Source of the DNA: Anolis carolinensis
Lineage: Eukaryota
Reading direction: 5' to 3'
NCBI RefSeq assembly: GCF_035594765.1
Contig: NC_085842.1
Location: 19,506,782 to 19,570,781 of the forward strand
Length of the DNA stretch: 64,000 nucleotides
This document shows, in pieces, positions 1 to 12,269 of the stretch. Position 1 is the first letter of the stretch, and every line of letters begins with the position of its first letter. The notes beneath the pieces were generated by a model. That model saw only the letters and a list, made by a program, of their open reading frames with translations. It had not been told where the DNA came from and did not search any database. A program made the position numbers and the translations under genes.

Positions 1-120
1 CAGTTAACCTGCACACGTAACTCTCCAAACAAAGACATGCTTGAGCTCATAAAGTTTTATACCCAGCCGGTCAATCCCGGCTACCCGTTGCAATCTGGAA
101 GCTGCTCAAGGCGGAGACAT
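1..120 (+). CDS. possible 3' part of exon 1 of the cystatin-like gene (uncertain; may carry a frameshift)
   Basis: Frame 1 is open to a weak GT at 121. Frame 3 reads IWKLLKAET, resembling the cystatin 'IIKAQSQ' that precedes the phase-0 intron. The 5' end is outside the window. Confidence 0.3.
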
Positions 121-240
121 GTATTTATTTTTATCTTTTTATTAGGCATTATGATGGTGTCTATCAAGGAGGGCAAACACGCCATCGTCTGCGGGTCTAC
201 AAATCCCAATTCTGTTCATGCTAACGTGGCCAAGTGGATA

Positions 241-420
241 GCCCCCGGTGGCGCAATGGGTTAAAGCCTTGTGCGGGCAGGACTGATGACTTGAAGGTTG
301 GGTTGCTGACCTGAAGGTTGCTGGTTCAAATCCAACCTGGGGAAAGCATGGATGAGCTCCCTTTGCCAGCTTCAGCTCCATGCAGGGAGAGAAGCCTCCC
401 AACAAGGATGGTAAAACATC
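241..420 (+). mobile_element. Sauria-type SINE, 5' part (its 3' part resumes at ~1299-1405)
   Basis: tRNA-like head GCCCCCGGTGGCGCAATGGGTTAA...GGTTCAAATCC; same family as 20512-20792 and 25505-25763. Confidence 0.75.
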
Positions 421-436
421 AAAAAAATATTCAGTA

Positions 437-1223
437 TCATTAAACATTGTATTATGTACAATAAATCAATATAAATGTCAGGTAAGCTGGTACAAATCAT
501 GAACTGTTGCATTCACAGTATGATGAATGGTAGTTGCATTCACAATGTAGCAAACTTCCTTGTTTATTCTCTTATTCTACTGCAAGAATAAAACCTGAAT
601 GCAAGTACAGTGGAGTCTCACTTATCCAACATTCTGGATTATCCAACGCTTTTTTGTAGTCAATGTTCTCAAAACATCGTGATATTTTGGTGCTAAATTC
701 GTAAATACAGTAATTACTACATAGCATTACTGAATATTGAACTACTTTTTCTGTCAAATTTGTTGTATAACATGATGTTTTGGTGCTTAATTTGTAAAAT
801 CATAACCTAATTTGATGTTTAATAGGCTTTTCCTTAATCCCTCCTTATTATCCAACATATTCGCTTATGTTCTGCCGGCCCGTTTATGTTGGATAAGTGA
901 GACTCTACTGTATCATTGATTGAAAACAGAACACTTTGTTCCATGATATCTATGAAAGATTTTACAGTTCATTGATTACGTTCTTGAATTGTTTGAACTA
1001 AATAACAACAACCCTACCACCAGACGAAGACTATAAGTAGTCGAAACCAGTTGTGGATCAGGGGTCTACTCATCCTTTACAAAAAAATCCAAAAAATAAA
1101 CAAAGTTTGCTACATTGTGAATGCAACTACCATTCATCAGAATGTGAATGCAACAGTTTGTGATTTGTAATCGCTTATCTGACATTTATATTCATTTATT
1201 GTACATAATACAATGTTTAATGA
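437..1223. mobile_element. Penelope-like inverted-repeat fragment containing a degenerate hammerhead motif
   Basis: ~120-bp inverted arms 437-557 / 1103-1223; hammerhead-like core at 1017-1056. Confidence 0.5.
608..910. mobile_element. Tc1/mariner-pogo superfamily MITE (~320-bp family, 11 copies in window)
   Basis: TIR CAGT(A/G)GAGTCTCACTTATCCAA...TTGGATAAGTGAGACTCTACTG with flanking TA. Confidence 0.85.
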
Positions 1224-1653
1224 CATTTAATACATTGTTATTATTCTATAAGTGGGTACTTGTCAGATCAAACCCTTGGAAACCCATTTTTTCTTATAAA
1301 ACATCAAAACATCCAGGCATCCCCTGGGCAATGTCCTTGCAGATGGCCTATTCTTTTACACCAGAAGCGACTTGCAGTTTCTCAAGTCACTCCTGACACG
1401 AACAAAAAAAAATGTGGATAGCTGGATCCATTCTGACCCAATCTGCTTTGGTTGGATGACTTTGGGGATCCCTTCCAACCTTGTGATTCTGTTTCTTCTT
1501 GCCTTATTTGCAGGGTGCAAAGAGACCCTGTTAATGAATTAGGATGATGCACACAGTCCCCCAAAGGGTTCCGACAATATGAATTAACAATCCGGTTTCC
1601 AAACTATTCCATACGAAGCCAAGATTGAATTTTATTTTATTCTCCTTCTCCAG

Positions 1654-1782
1654 GCAGTGGAGGGCATCAAATACTTCCTGACCATCGTTCTGGCGCAAAC
1701 GAATTGCAAAAAGAGGAAGGCGTATGACTTGAAAGAAGCGGAATTCAAAAAGTGTGAAGTTTCCGAGGAGGCTGAAAAGCAG
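1654..1782 (+). CDS. cystatin-family (type 2, cystatin E/M-like) exon 2
   Basis: Acceptor TCTCCTTCTCCAG|, donor |GTGAGT, 129 nt, phase 0-0. Translates to AVEGIKYFLTIVLAQTNCKKRKAYDLKEAEFKKCEVSEEAEKQ, matching the cystatin (Q)xVxGIKYFLT...T.C.K...C pattern. Confidence 0.8.
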
Positions 1783-3062
1783 GTGAGTGGAATTAAGACG
1801 CATCTACACTGTAGAATTAATGCAGTTTGACATCACTGCATGGCGTAATGCTATAGAATCCTGGGAGCTGTAGTTTGGTAAGGCACCTCTGCTCTTTGCC
1901 TGAGAAGGATAAGGACTTTATAAAACCACAACTCCCAGGAGCTCCATAGTCATGGCAGCTTAAGAGGCATCAAACCACATTGATTCTACAGTGTAAATGA
2001 TGATGATGATAATATCTTTAGTTATATCCCACTTTTCTCCCTCACGGCACCGAAGGACAAGAATCAATTAGAAATTACTGATTTAATAGTAACAATAAAT
2101 ATATTTATGGATAAATCCTTCCATGAGCCATGTTTAAGCTGTCATTGGAAGTTGTAGTTTCACAAGACCTTTGGGCCTCACTGACAAAGGGTGCTCCTTC
2201 TGGACCGTAGACTGAATGCAGTTTGGCACCACTTGAAATGGCATAGCTTAATGTGTCTGAACCCTGGGAGTTGGCAAGGCACCACCCCTTTAGAAGAGAA
2301 AGCTGAGGACCTTGTAAACCAATGGTTCTTAACCTTCCTAATGCTGCGACTCCTTAATACAGTTCCTCATGTTGTGGTGACCCCCAACCATAGAATTATT
2401 TTTGTTGCTATTTCACCCAAATTTGAATACTGGTGGGGTTGGGGGGGATTGATTTTGTCATTTGGGAGTTGTAGTTGTTGGGATTTGTAGTTCACTTACA
2501 ATCAAAGAGCATTTTGAACTTCACCAATGATGGAATTGAGCCAAACTTGACACACAGAACTCCCATGACCAGAAAACAGAAAATACTGGAAGGGTTTGGT
2601 ATGCATTGACCTTGAGTTTTGGAGTTGTAGTTCACCTACATCCAGAGAGCACTGTGGATTCCAACAATGAGTAGTCCTGATCCCCAGGTTGAGAAACGCT
2701 ATTGTAAACCTACAAGTCCTAGGATTCCATAGTATGGACCCATGACAGCTAAACTGACGTCAAACTGCTATAATTCTGCTATGAGTGCATCTACATCTTA
2801 GAATTAGTGCAGTTTGATACCACTTTTAATTGCCATGGCTCAGTGCTATGGAATCATGAGAGCTCAGTTTGGTAAGACATTCAAATTGAGTTCAAATTGT
2901 TGTTTTATATACTAGTGGTTTTATTTGTATTGTACTGTGTTTATTTTATGCATTGTTTGAGGCACTTTGTGCCATATGTAGGCTGCCCCGAGTCTCTTTG
3001 GGGAGATGGAGGCGGAGTACAAAAATAAAGTATTATTATTATTATTATTATTGTTATTATTA

Positions 3063-3378
3063 TATTGTATGACACAGTAAACAAGATAGATATGCTGGAT
3101 TTCGTATCACAAAATCACAAGTCGAACACTTCCCAAGTGTCTAGGACTGTGTGATGTATTTTCGGATGATGCGTGCAGATCCCAGTAAGGTGGCCTTTTG
3201 CAGTTGGCAGATCGTAATTTTGTCAATGTCTATTGTTTCCAAATGCCGCTGAGATCTTTTGGCATGGCACCCATCACCACCGGGACCACCTGCACTGCTT
3301 TCTGCCAGAGTCTTTGAAGTTCAATTTTGAGGTCCTGATAGCGGCTGAGTTTTTCCTGTTGTTTTTCGTCAATGCGAC
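3063..3378 (-). mobile_element. R4/Dong-clade LINE, 3' end, in a (TAA)n microsatellite
   Basis: Minus strand ends ...DKITICQLQKATLLGSARIIRKYITQS*; TAA/ATT repeats on both sides. Confidence 0.7.
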
Positions 3379-3705
3379 TAATAATAATAATAATAATTGT
3401 TATTATTATGGCGCCAGTTAGATTTTCTAATAGATTTTTTAAAAACTCTACATGAAAGGATTTCTAGTTCAGGAAGCTGTTGTGTCCTCCCAAACAACAA
3501 ATTCCAGAGCTTTTAGGAAGATAAGGCCCTAAAGTGCTACCATAATCTATAGTTTTGGAGTGTGAATGGTCGTCTTTCCTCTCCTTGGGGGAAAGGAGAA
3601 ATCTCAGGGCGAGAGTGCAGCCTTGAAAGAGGTGCATGTGTGTGTATTCTTTATTTGTTAGACTTGACTTAAAATTATTTCCAATATTTCTCCTTTCGCC
3701 TTCAG

Positions 3706-3825
3706 AAACATACCTGCGAATTTGAGGTCTGGATGAACGAGAAGAAGACCAGCGCAGGGATTCAAACCTGGAAGCGCCTGAGTTGGCGGTGCACCTGGAA
3801 TATTCCTTATTCCGATTCCCAATAA
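3706..3825 (+). CDS. cystatin-family terminal exon 3
   Basis: Acceptor TTCGCCTTCAG|; KHTCEFEVWMNEKKTSAGIQTWKRLSWRCTWNIPYSDSQ* matches cystatin 'K..C.FEV...C'; in frame with exon 2; AATAAA at 4424-4429. Confidence 0.78.
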   Translation, partial: KHTCEFEVWMNEKKTSAGIQTWKRLSWRCTWNIPYSDSQ

Positions 3826-3991
3826 CGCTCAGCCGTTTTTCTGAGCTTTCCTTCTTTTGCTAGATATATCCCTCTGAATTCAATCTGTTGGAGGATACCC
3901 CAAGTTCACAACCTCACAAATCATGGCCTTGGAGGGCCAAGGGTTTTTGGTTTCTCTGGTGGGATCCAAGGGGTACATCTACACCATAGAA

Positions 3992-4185
3992 CAGGCATGT
4001 GCAAACTTAGTCCGTCCAGGTGTTTTGGACTGCAACTCCCATCATTCCTAACAGCCTCAGGCCCCTTCCTTTTCCCCCTCAGCCGCTTAAGCAGCTGAGG
4101 GGGAAAAGGAAAAGGCCTGAGGCTGTTAGGAATGATGGGAGTCGAAGTCCAAAACACCTGGACGGACCAAGTTTGCACATGCCTG
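3992..4185. mobile_element. palindromic hAT-type MITE
   Basis: CAGGCATG...CATGCCTG termini and near-palindromic body; many related copies across the window. Confidence 0.8.
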
Positions 4186-4942
4186 TTGTAGAATTATTGT
4201 AGTTTGACACCACTTTAACTGCCATGGGAACCATCTGACTTGTAGTTTTACAAGGTTTTTAGCCTTCTCTGCTCAAGAGTCAACATACTACAACTCCCAG
4301 GGTTCCACGGCATTGAATGATGACACTTCAAGCCATGTCAAATTGCATTAACTCTGCTGTGTGGATGCACCTAGTTTGCCGATCCAATATTGCTGATTCT
4401 TGCGTGATTTATTACTAAATCTCAATAAAAAAATATTATTCACCTCTTAATGGTTTGATTCCTCTGTTTGCAAATATTGGGCTGGAAATCAGTATGGAAT
4501 TGATCAATTTAAGTGTCTGTCTGTGGACCTGGGTTTGAATCCCTACTCAGCTATGCAAACCCACTGGAAGATCTTGGGCGAGTTACGGTCTCTCATTCCT
4601 GGAAACCCTCAAACATCAGCTAAAGCTTGCTGGTGTGCCTCAATAGATTCCAACCTGTATTTGGACATTCATAGAATCATAGAATTGAAAGAGACCTCAC
4701 AGGCCATCCAGTCCAACCCCCTGCAAGAAGCAAGAAAATCTCATTCAAAGCACCCCCAACAAATGGCCATCCAATCTCTGCTTAAGGGTATCCTTGCAGA
4801 TATCCTGATAGGCATCCATGCAATTTACCAGGATGGCTCTCTAGTGCATTCGCTCAGTACAGTTGACCCTCCACATCAGCGGGTTTAGCTATTGCAACTC
4901 ACCTATTCAATTAATATGAAGTTGGCCATAAAGGTGTATTAG

Positions 4943-5245
4943 GTAAAAGTTTCCCCCTGACATTAAGTCTAGTCGCGTCTGACTCTGGAGGTTGGTGCTC
5001 ATCTCCATTCCTAAGCTGAAGAGCCGGCGTTGTCCATAGACACCTCCAAGGTCATGTGGCAGGCATGACTGCATGTAGCGCTGTTACCTTACCTATTTAT
5101 CTACTCACATTTGCATGTTTTCAAACTGCTAGGTTGGCAGAAACTGGGGCTAACAACGGGAGCTCACTCAGCTCCCCAGATTTGAACTGCCAACCTTTCG
5201 GTCAGCAAGTTCAGCAGCCAACCCATTCCACCACCGGAGGCTCCT
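4943..5245 (-). mobile_element. Sauria SINE
   Basis: ACCTTT-type tail and body shared with 28968-29287, 32508-32801 and 44512-44843. Confidence 0.8.
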
Positions 5246-6079
5246 TAGAGGTGCATTAGAGATTCCTATGTTTTTCTACTTTCTTGGGGCCCTTAAGCTC
5301 CTAATCCTGGCGAATATAAAGAGCTAACTATAAAAGTGAAAATAAATATGTGTGTATGGTTAACCGTTTTCTGAATAATCCCATTAGAAAATGGATTTGT
5401 GGCCAACTCTGGTTACATAAGCTAGTGTTTTATAACACTAGGCTTCTATGCACAGTTTAATTCTGCTTTATTTTCTCCATGCATAAGAAATGTAGTGCTC
5501 TGAATATAGGATTCTGTTAAGAATTGAAATATTACCCAAGTTTTGTCATCTTGAGGAGTCCTTTCTCTATCTCACTTGTCTTCCTGCCCCTCTGAGGCCC
5601 CTCTCACTCCAGGTTTTATCTTTGTGTTCACGTGGCCTGCCCTTGTTTTACTGTTTTTTGATTTCTTGATGTAATGCCTATTATCATTTATTGTATTTTT
5701 AATGGTGCTATGTTATGTTGTTTTATATTTTGTTATATTGTATTGCTCTGGGCATGGCCCCATGTTAGCCGCCCCGAGTCCCCGTTGGGGAGATGGTGGC
5801 GGGGTATAAATAAAGTTTTATTATTTATTATTATTATCTACCCTGACATATAATCCAGTATCTGATCCCAGATTATGTGCTTTGAACTGGATTATATGAG
5901 TCTACACTGCCATATAATCCAGTTCAAAGGAGATAAGCTGGGATCAGAAACTAGATTATATGACAGTGTAGATGGGGCCTGAGATGGACTCCCTTAAAAT
6001 ATTGCTATTTTCTCTAAGAACCTCTCAAATCCGATCAGGAGGGCTTTAAACTGAATTACCTGGTGGAGGGAGTCAGCAT

Positions 6080-6628
6080 TTGGATAGGCAAGGGTATATC
6101 AGAAGAGAAAGCCACCCACTGCATGGATATCAGCCTCCTCCTACGTAGTACTCAAATCAAGGAAAAGCTTCATGAGAACCACCACTCCTGTTCATCAACA
6201 GCAAGAGTATCCCTCTGGGCAGCTAAACCAGGCAATCCCAACTGGACCCCCCCCCCCCCCCGAACTCTTTCTCTCATGAGAAAACTATTCATTAGAGTGC
6301 TTCAAAAGGAGCCGTTTACTTTTCCGTAAATATTCTTGTTCCCTCCTTCAGTGAGTTATCGCCTCCCTCCTGTCAAACACATTATCCTCCTTTAAACTAG
6401 AATGTCCATCTGACACCTGGTGAACTGGCCTTGACTGCGAAGAATGTGGTTCAAAATGCCTGCTTGCAACCATTCTGTCTCTGGTCCCAGAATCCACTGG
6501 AACAGACTCTGGCTGCATCTCAGGCCCAAACCCAGAGTCCTCTGGCAAAGCTGTTTCCATGTCAGGCCCAAACCCTGAGTCCTCTGGCAAAGCAGAGGGC
6601 CCAATCTCAGGCTCAGGATGGGCTACAT
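6080..6628 (-). mobile_element. possible LTR-like insertion with a 42-bp internal tandem duplication, interrupting CR1
   Basis: Starts TGTAGCCC at 6628 (-); repeated CCAGAGGACTC.GGGTTTGGGCCTGA; CR1-like sequence on both sides. Confidence 0.3.
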
Positions 6629-6629
6629 G

Positions 6630-7890
6630 TAGTAAGAAAAGGGTATAACCTATTTCGGCAAAATAGACCAAACAGGAAATGTGAAGGAGTAGCATTGTCT
6701 ATCAAGGATGTTTACACCTGTGAGGAGGTCCATGGCATAAAGGAATGCCATAACCATAAAAAGTTAACATGGGTTTCTCAGAAGCAAAGTCATGCCAGAT
6801 GAACAGTATCTCTTTTTTAATAGTGTCGCAAGGTTGTCTAGCTAAAGGTAATGCTGTGGGTGTAGCATATATTTATTTTAGGAAGGGCTTTGACAAGGTT
6901 CCCCATAAACTTATCACAAATAAGCTAATAAAGTGTAAATAAATAATAAAGTGTGGGCTAGGCAATGCTACTGTTAGATGGATCTCTAATTGGTTAAGCA
7001 ACCGAACCCAAAGGGTGCTCACCAATGGTTCTTCTTCCTCCTGGAAAGAAGTGATGAGTGGAATGCCACAGGGTTCGGTCCTGGGCCCAGTTCTGTTCAA
7101 TATTGTTATTAATGACTTGGATGAAGCTTTAGAGGGTGTGCTTATTAAGTTTGCAGATGACACCAAATTATAGTAAGGGTGACAACTGGCCTGAAAAGAA
7201 TCCGTATGAAAGGTAACAAAGAGCCTTAGTAGATTACAAGCTGAACATGAGCCAACAGTGTAATGTGGTAGCAAAAAAAGCTATGAAATCATAACATCAA
7301 GAGTCCCTTTTCACTGTGTTTATGTAGCTTTATGTACATAGTGTGATGTGGCAGTGAAAAGGGCCAATGCTATTCTAGACTGCATCAATAGGGGCCTAGT
7401 GTTGAGATGGAGGGAAGTCATAATCCAGCTCTCTTCTGCTTTGATCAGACCTCACCTGGAATAAACCTGTGTTCCTTTCTGGGCGACACAATTCAAGAAG
7501 GATGTTGACAAGCTGGAAGATGTCCAGATAAGGGTGACCAAAATGATCAAAGGTTTGGAAATCAAACCTAGTGACGAACAGCTGAGGGAGCCGAGTATGT
7601 TTAGCTTGCAGAAGAGGATATGAGAGAGAGAATATGAGAGCCATGTTTAAATTTCTGAAAGAATATCACATTGAGGAGGGGGAAAGATATTTTTCCTGGG
7701 GGAGAGAACTTCCTGACAGTAAGAACTGTTCAGCAGTGAAATATCCTGCTACTTGGGTGTGTGGTGGAATCTCCTTCTCTGGAGTTTTATTAAAGAGATG
7801 TTGAACAGCCATATGTCAGGGGTGTTTTGATTGTGCTTCTGAATGGCAAAAGCGGGTTGGACTGGATGTCCCTTGGGGTCTCTTCCAACT
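6630..7890 (+). mobile_element. CR1 LINE, degraded ORF2 fragments and 3' end
   Basis: GYNLFRQNRPNRK.EGVAL (endonuclease), [15 protein letters not shown] and KFADDTKL (RT), with stops and deletions. Confidence 0.85.
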
Positions 7891-9974
7891 CTGATTCTGT
7901 TGTCAAAAATCAACCCCCTCCTAAAAGATTAACTTAAAATAACCCATATATAATTTGTATTAAACAATTATGATGCGCTGAAGTGAAGCTGACAAGATAT
8001 GATCCAGCTCATATTGAAAATCTTAAATAAAATGTACTGTGAAAACTCATAGAGCTTTTGCAGTGTCCAGCTGTGAGGGTGAGCTATAATTCTATCTTGG
8101 ACTATTTACATGTTGCCTCAAACTATTTACCAAGTACAGCTATTTTTTCTTGGGTGGACTCTCCAAATGGCTCCAGCTTCTAATGGACAAATGATACTTA
8201 TTCATTTTTCCTGCCATAAAGAAGATGCTGTCCATTTCTGAATTCAGCAGGATTCCCTAGCCAACAAGAACCTGGATCCAAACTTGTCTGCTTTTAAGCC
8301 AGTCAGGAGGGTACAGGAACTTTGAATGGCTGTCAGTGGATAAAATGTATTGTATTCCATAGAGATGTCTGATTCCTTTTGAGTAGAGACTCTATGTCAG
8401 ACATCCTTTCAGGCCTGAAAGTAATAAACCTCTGCTTGTTGCTTTCAAACACAGTCTGCATGTTTCCAGCTGGCTGCGCAAATAGCAAGGCACATCAGGC
8501 ATTGGATCCTCATCTGCTCCTTGGTGGATACATAAATTTCAACTTCAGTTCTATGATTCTATAAGAACATCTTCATGGCAACGCTCTGAAGTGACCCTTT
8601 CACCCTTTCTACCCATATACTGCCCTGCGATGGTTGAATCTGAGCATTGCATACATACATACATACATATATTTATTTGCTTTGGGGGTCCTAGCCCTTA
8701 AAGAGATGGATTTATTTGTTGACACCCCACTAATATTTTCAGTTGGATAATAATAATGATAATGATAACAACCATATTCTTGTATCCCGCCCATCTCCCT
8801 GAAGGGACTCGGGGTGGCTCACATGGGGGACTAAGCCCAGCAATATACAAAAATACAACAATATAAAATACAATACAATCACAACAAGTTAATATATAAT
8901 TGTTAAAACACATCATCACACAATAAAAACATAGCCAGAGGCTGAGAATGATGTAATGGCACTTCAATCTTGGGGAGAAGGGTAAAATTATAATTGTGCA
9001 AATGTGTAATTGTGCCATATCTTGGGAGTACTGGTAACATGGGGCAGAGACAAAAAGAGTATGTGTACCACGTTTAGTCCAGATCCATCAAGCCATGTAG
9101 GAGCCTTTGCAGAACATGCATATATTCTACATACATATTCTAGAATACATATTCTAGCTTTATATCAATAGGAGGAAATATTTAAATACACATATTTTCC
9201 ACTTTGACCCAAAAGAAATAACATCTCACAAGACCAGTATTTCTTGATCCCAATCATTTCTCACCTTTCCTTATAAAGAAAGAAAACAAGCCTGTAAAAC
9301 TGGACTAGAGAGGGCACAGGGCACAAGTGCGAAAGTACACGATAATTTCCTGTACATGTTACTTTTTCTTTTCCTCGTTAAAAAACAAGAGATAAGAGTG
9401 ATCTACAAAAGTTGGAGCAGGAGTACAGAACGGATCCTGAATCCATCTGTGGATCTATATGCCACAACTCCATGCAACTGAATCCAGAGATTTGTAGTTT
9501 GTCATGGTCCCAGAGCTCTCTGACAGAGAAAGATAAATAGTTCACATAATTACAACTCTCAGAATTCCACTGCATCAAGCCATGGCAGTTAAGGTGGTGT
9601 CAAGCTGCTATACTTTTGGAGTTCAATAGAGAGACCGAAGGTCTGGCATCTAAAGATGCTTCTACACCGCTAAATTAAGGCACTTTGACACCACTTTAAT
9701 AGCCATGGATCCATGCTAGAGAATCCTGGGTGTTTAGTTTTGCAAGATCTTCTGCCTTCTCTGCCAAACTTTGCCATATTAGTTCCAAAATCTGTGGATG
9801 CTCAAATCCCATTATATATAATGGGGTAAGTAATATTTTTACAACAATGACAATCTTAAAACTACTATTTATTATTATCCCACAGCCTTAAGAATGCTCA
9901 GAACATTACTAAGGATCCATCTCACCCAGCATATTGTATTTTTTTAAAAATTATTACCATCTGGCAGTGAAGTC

Positions 9975-10172
9975 CCCGGTCAGCAGTTTGAATCTGGGGA
10001 ACGGGGTGAGCCCCCGTCTGTCAGCTCTAGCTCCCCATGTGGGGACATGAGAGAAGCCTCCCACAGAATGGTGAAACATCAAATATCTGGGCATCCTCTG
10101 GGCAACGTCCTTGCAGATGGCCAGTTCTCTCATACCAGAAGCGACTTGCAGTTTCTCTCAAGTCACGAAAAA
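9975..10172 (+). mobile_element. Sauria-type SINE fragment
   Basis: Body and tail match 20512-20792. Confidence 0.7.
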
Positions 10173-10447
10173 AAAACTATATGGCAGACACAACTGGGTG
10201 ACAAAGACAAGGACAAACAAACTGAGATATGGCTTTTACCTTAGAGCTGTAACGGAGGCCCCTTCTGCACTGCTATATAATCCAGATTATCAAAGCAGAT
10301 AATCCAGATTATCTGATTTGAACTGGATTATCTGAGAAATATTAATCCCTCCCTTTCCTGTTCAGTTTCTCCACCTAGGTAGATGATAGAACTGTGCCTG
10401 GTGGTTGACTGATACTATCAACTGTTTTATCCTTGTTTTACATTGTA

Positions 10448-10767
10448 CAGTAGAGTCTCACTTATCCAAGCTAAACGGGCCGGCAGAAGCTTGGATAAGC
10501 AAATATCTTGGATAATGAGGGATTACGGAAAAGCCTATTAAACATCAAATTAGGTTATGATTTTACAAATTAAGCACCAAAACATCATGTTATACAACAA
10601 ATTTGACAGAAAAAGTAGTTCAATACGCAGTAATGTTATGTTGTAATTACTGTATTTACAAATTTAGCAACAAAATATCACGATATAGTGAAAACATTGA
10701 CTACAAAAATGCATTGGATAATCCAGAAGCTTGGATAAGTGAGGCTTGGATAAGTGAGACTCTACTG
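10448..10767. mobile_element. Tc1/mariner-pogo MITE
   Basis: Family TIRs and flanking TA. Confidence 0.85.
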
Positions 10768-10914
10768 TATTACTGTTTTTGTCTTTTATACTGTGAATTG
10801 TATTTATATTGTAGTATATTTCATCAATGTTGTTCGGGCCTTTGCCCCATGTAAGCCACCCCAAGTCCCCACGGGGAGATGGTGGCAGGGTATAAATAAA
10901 GTTTTATATTATTA

Positions 10915-11417
10915 CTAGCTGTGCCCAGCCACGCGTTGCTGTGGCAAAGTGGTGGTGGTATTGGTTAAAAGTTGTTGTGGAATTTTTATTTGACGTTATT
11001 TGTATTTTTTAAATTAATTTTATTGTAACTTATATTTTTATTTATTATATTTTATTATTTTGTTGTATTATTTTTAGTTATTTTGTTATAGTATTTTATT
11101 GTATTAATTTTTAGTGTTTTTAATTATTTTTATTGTATTATTTGTATTTATTTTATTTTTTTATTCTTTTATTAACACTGGGCTGAGTGGGTTGCTAGGA
11201 GACCAAGTGGGCGAAGCTTAGCCTTCTAAGTGGCAGCAATTGGATAAAAACAATTATTGCTCTCCCTCTAAGTAGGACTTTATTTTTCTTTTCTTTTTGT
11301 TGTATCAACCTAGAGGCATGGATGATGCGTTGTGTTGTCAAATTTCGAGGTTGGGCGGCCTGTAGTTTTGTTGTTTTGTGGGTCGCCGTGATGCCATTAC
11401 TCATTTATATATATAGA
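10915..11417 (-). mobile_element. non-autonomous Helitron
   Basis: Minus strand 5'-TCTATATATA..., 3' hairpin GCCACAGCAACGCGTGGC then CTAG; inserted between A and T with no TSD. Confidence 0.75.
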
Positions 11418-11779
11418 TTATTATTATTATTATTTCCCCTTCCTTCCACATCTTTACCACTGCCACAGGGCCTAGAACACACAATAATAATAAATAATAG
11501 TAATGACCTACCCGGCCTTTCTCCTGAGACTCTGCTGGGCCTTCCTTCCATATTCTTCTCCCTTTGAATCCAGCTCAAAGCAGATAATTTGGCTTTTATA
11601 TGGCAGGTTTTTTGGACTGCAACTCCCACCATTCCTCACAGCCTCAGGCCCTTTCCTTTTGCCCCTCAGCCGCTTAAGCGGGAAAAGGAAAGGGCCTGAG
11701 GCTGTGAGGAATGGTGGGAGTTGCAGTCCAAAACTCCTGGAGGGCAGGCCCAAGTTGCCCCAGGCCTGGACTGGAGCCT

Positions 11780-11988
11780 TTATTTATTTCAGGCCATAAG
11801 CATTGCATAAATAACACGAGTATAAAACTGATAAAATAGAGGAAGCACAAGCGGTTAAATAATTTTAAACCCAAAACGGGCAACAATGACTGCATTGTCT
11901 GTAGCTTTAAACAGTGCTTCCTCTGTGCATGAGGTAGGGCATTGTGGGCAAGCATACAGATGCGGAGTTGTTTGTTCTCCACACAGCC
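11780..11988 (-). mobile_element. 5'-truncated Vingi/Ingi-like LINE with 11-bp TSD
   Basis: CGEQTTPHLYACP zinc knuckle, (TAAA)n tail, TSD GACTGGAGCCT at 11769-11779 and 11989-11999. Confidence 0.7.
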
Positions 11989-11999
11989 GACTGGAGCCT

Positions 12000-12269
12000 G
12001 AAAGGGCTGCTTCAGTCACAGGGAGTGAGGGAGAGAAAGGGGAGGGACCCGAAGCCCTGCCGAAGGAGCCGAGCAGCGCCATCTTCACACTCTCCTCCCC
12101 AAAAACATTCCCTCTTTGGGCTGTCAAAAGGAGCAGAGGCCGAGGATGGCGGCGGATAGGAGCTAGGCCCGTTGCCATGGCGACCAGAGCAGTGCTGCAG
12201 GGCCCGAACGAGGCCTTCTCTGCCTTCAAAGGGAAGGAAGGCCCAGCAGGAGCTCAGGAGGAAGCCTGG
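12000..12269 (+). promoter_or_regulatory. promoter / non-coding first exon of ZNF gene A
   Basis: CpG-rich patch, YY1-type motifs GCCATCTT (~12077) and GATGGCGGC (~12145), donor |GTGGGT at 12270; paralogous to 55958-56217. Confidence 0.6.

Noticed and set aside
572-757. Recurrent small ORF MTEKVVQY...WISET (also 10603, 18598, 54202)
   Set aside because: Translation of a non-coding MITE; recurrence reflects copy number.
6348-6695. 115-aa ORF with PEDSGFGP repeats
   Set aside because: Arises from a 42-bp tandem duplication in a probable repeat and runs into antisense CR1; no splice or domain support.
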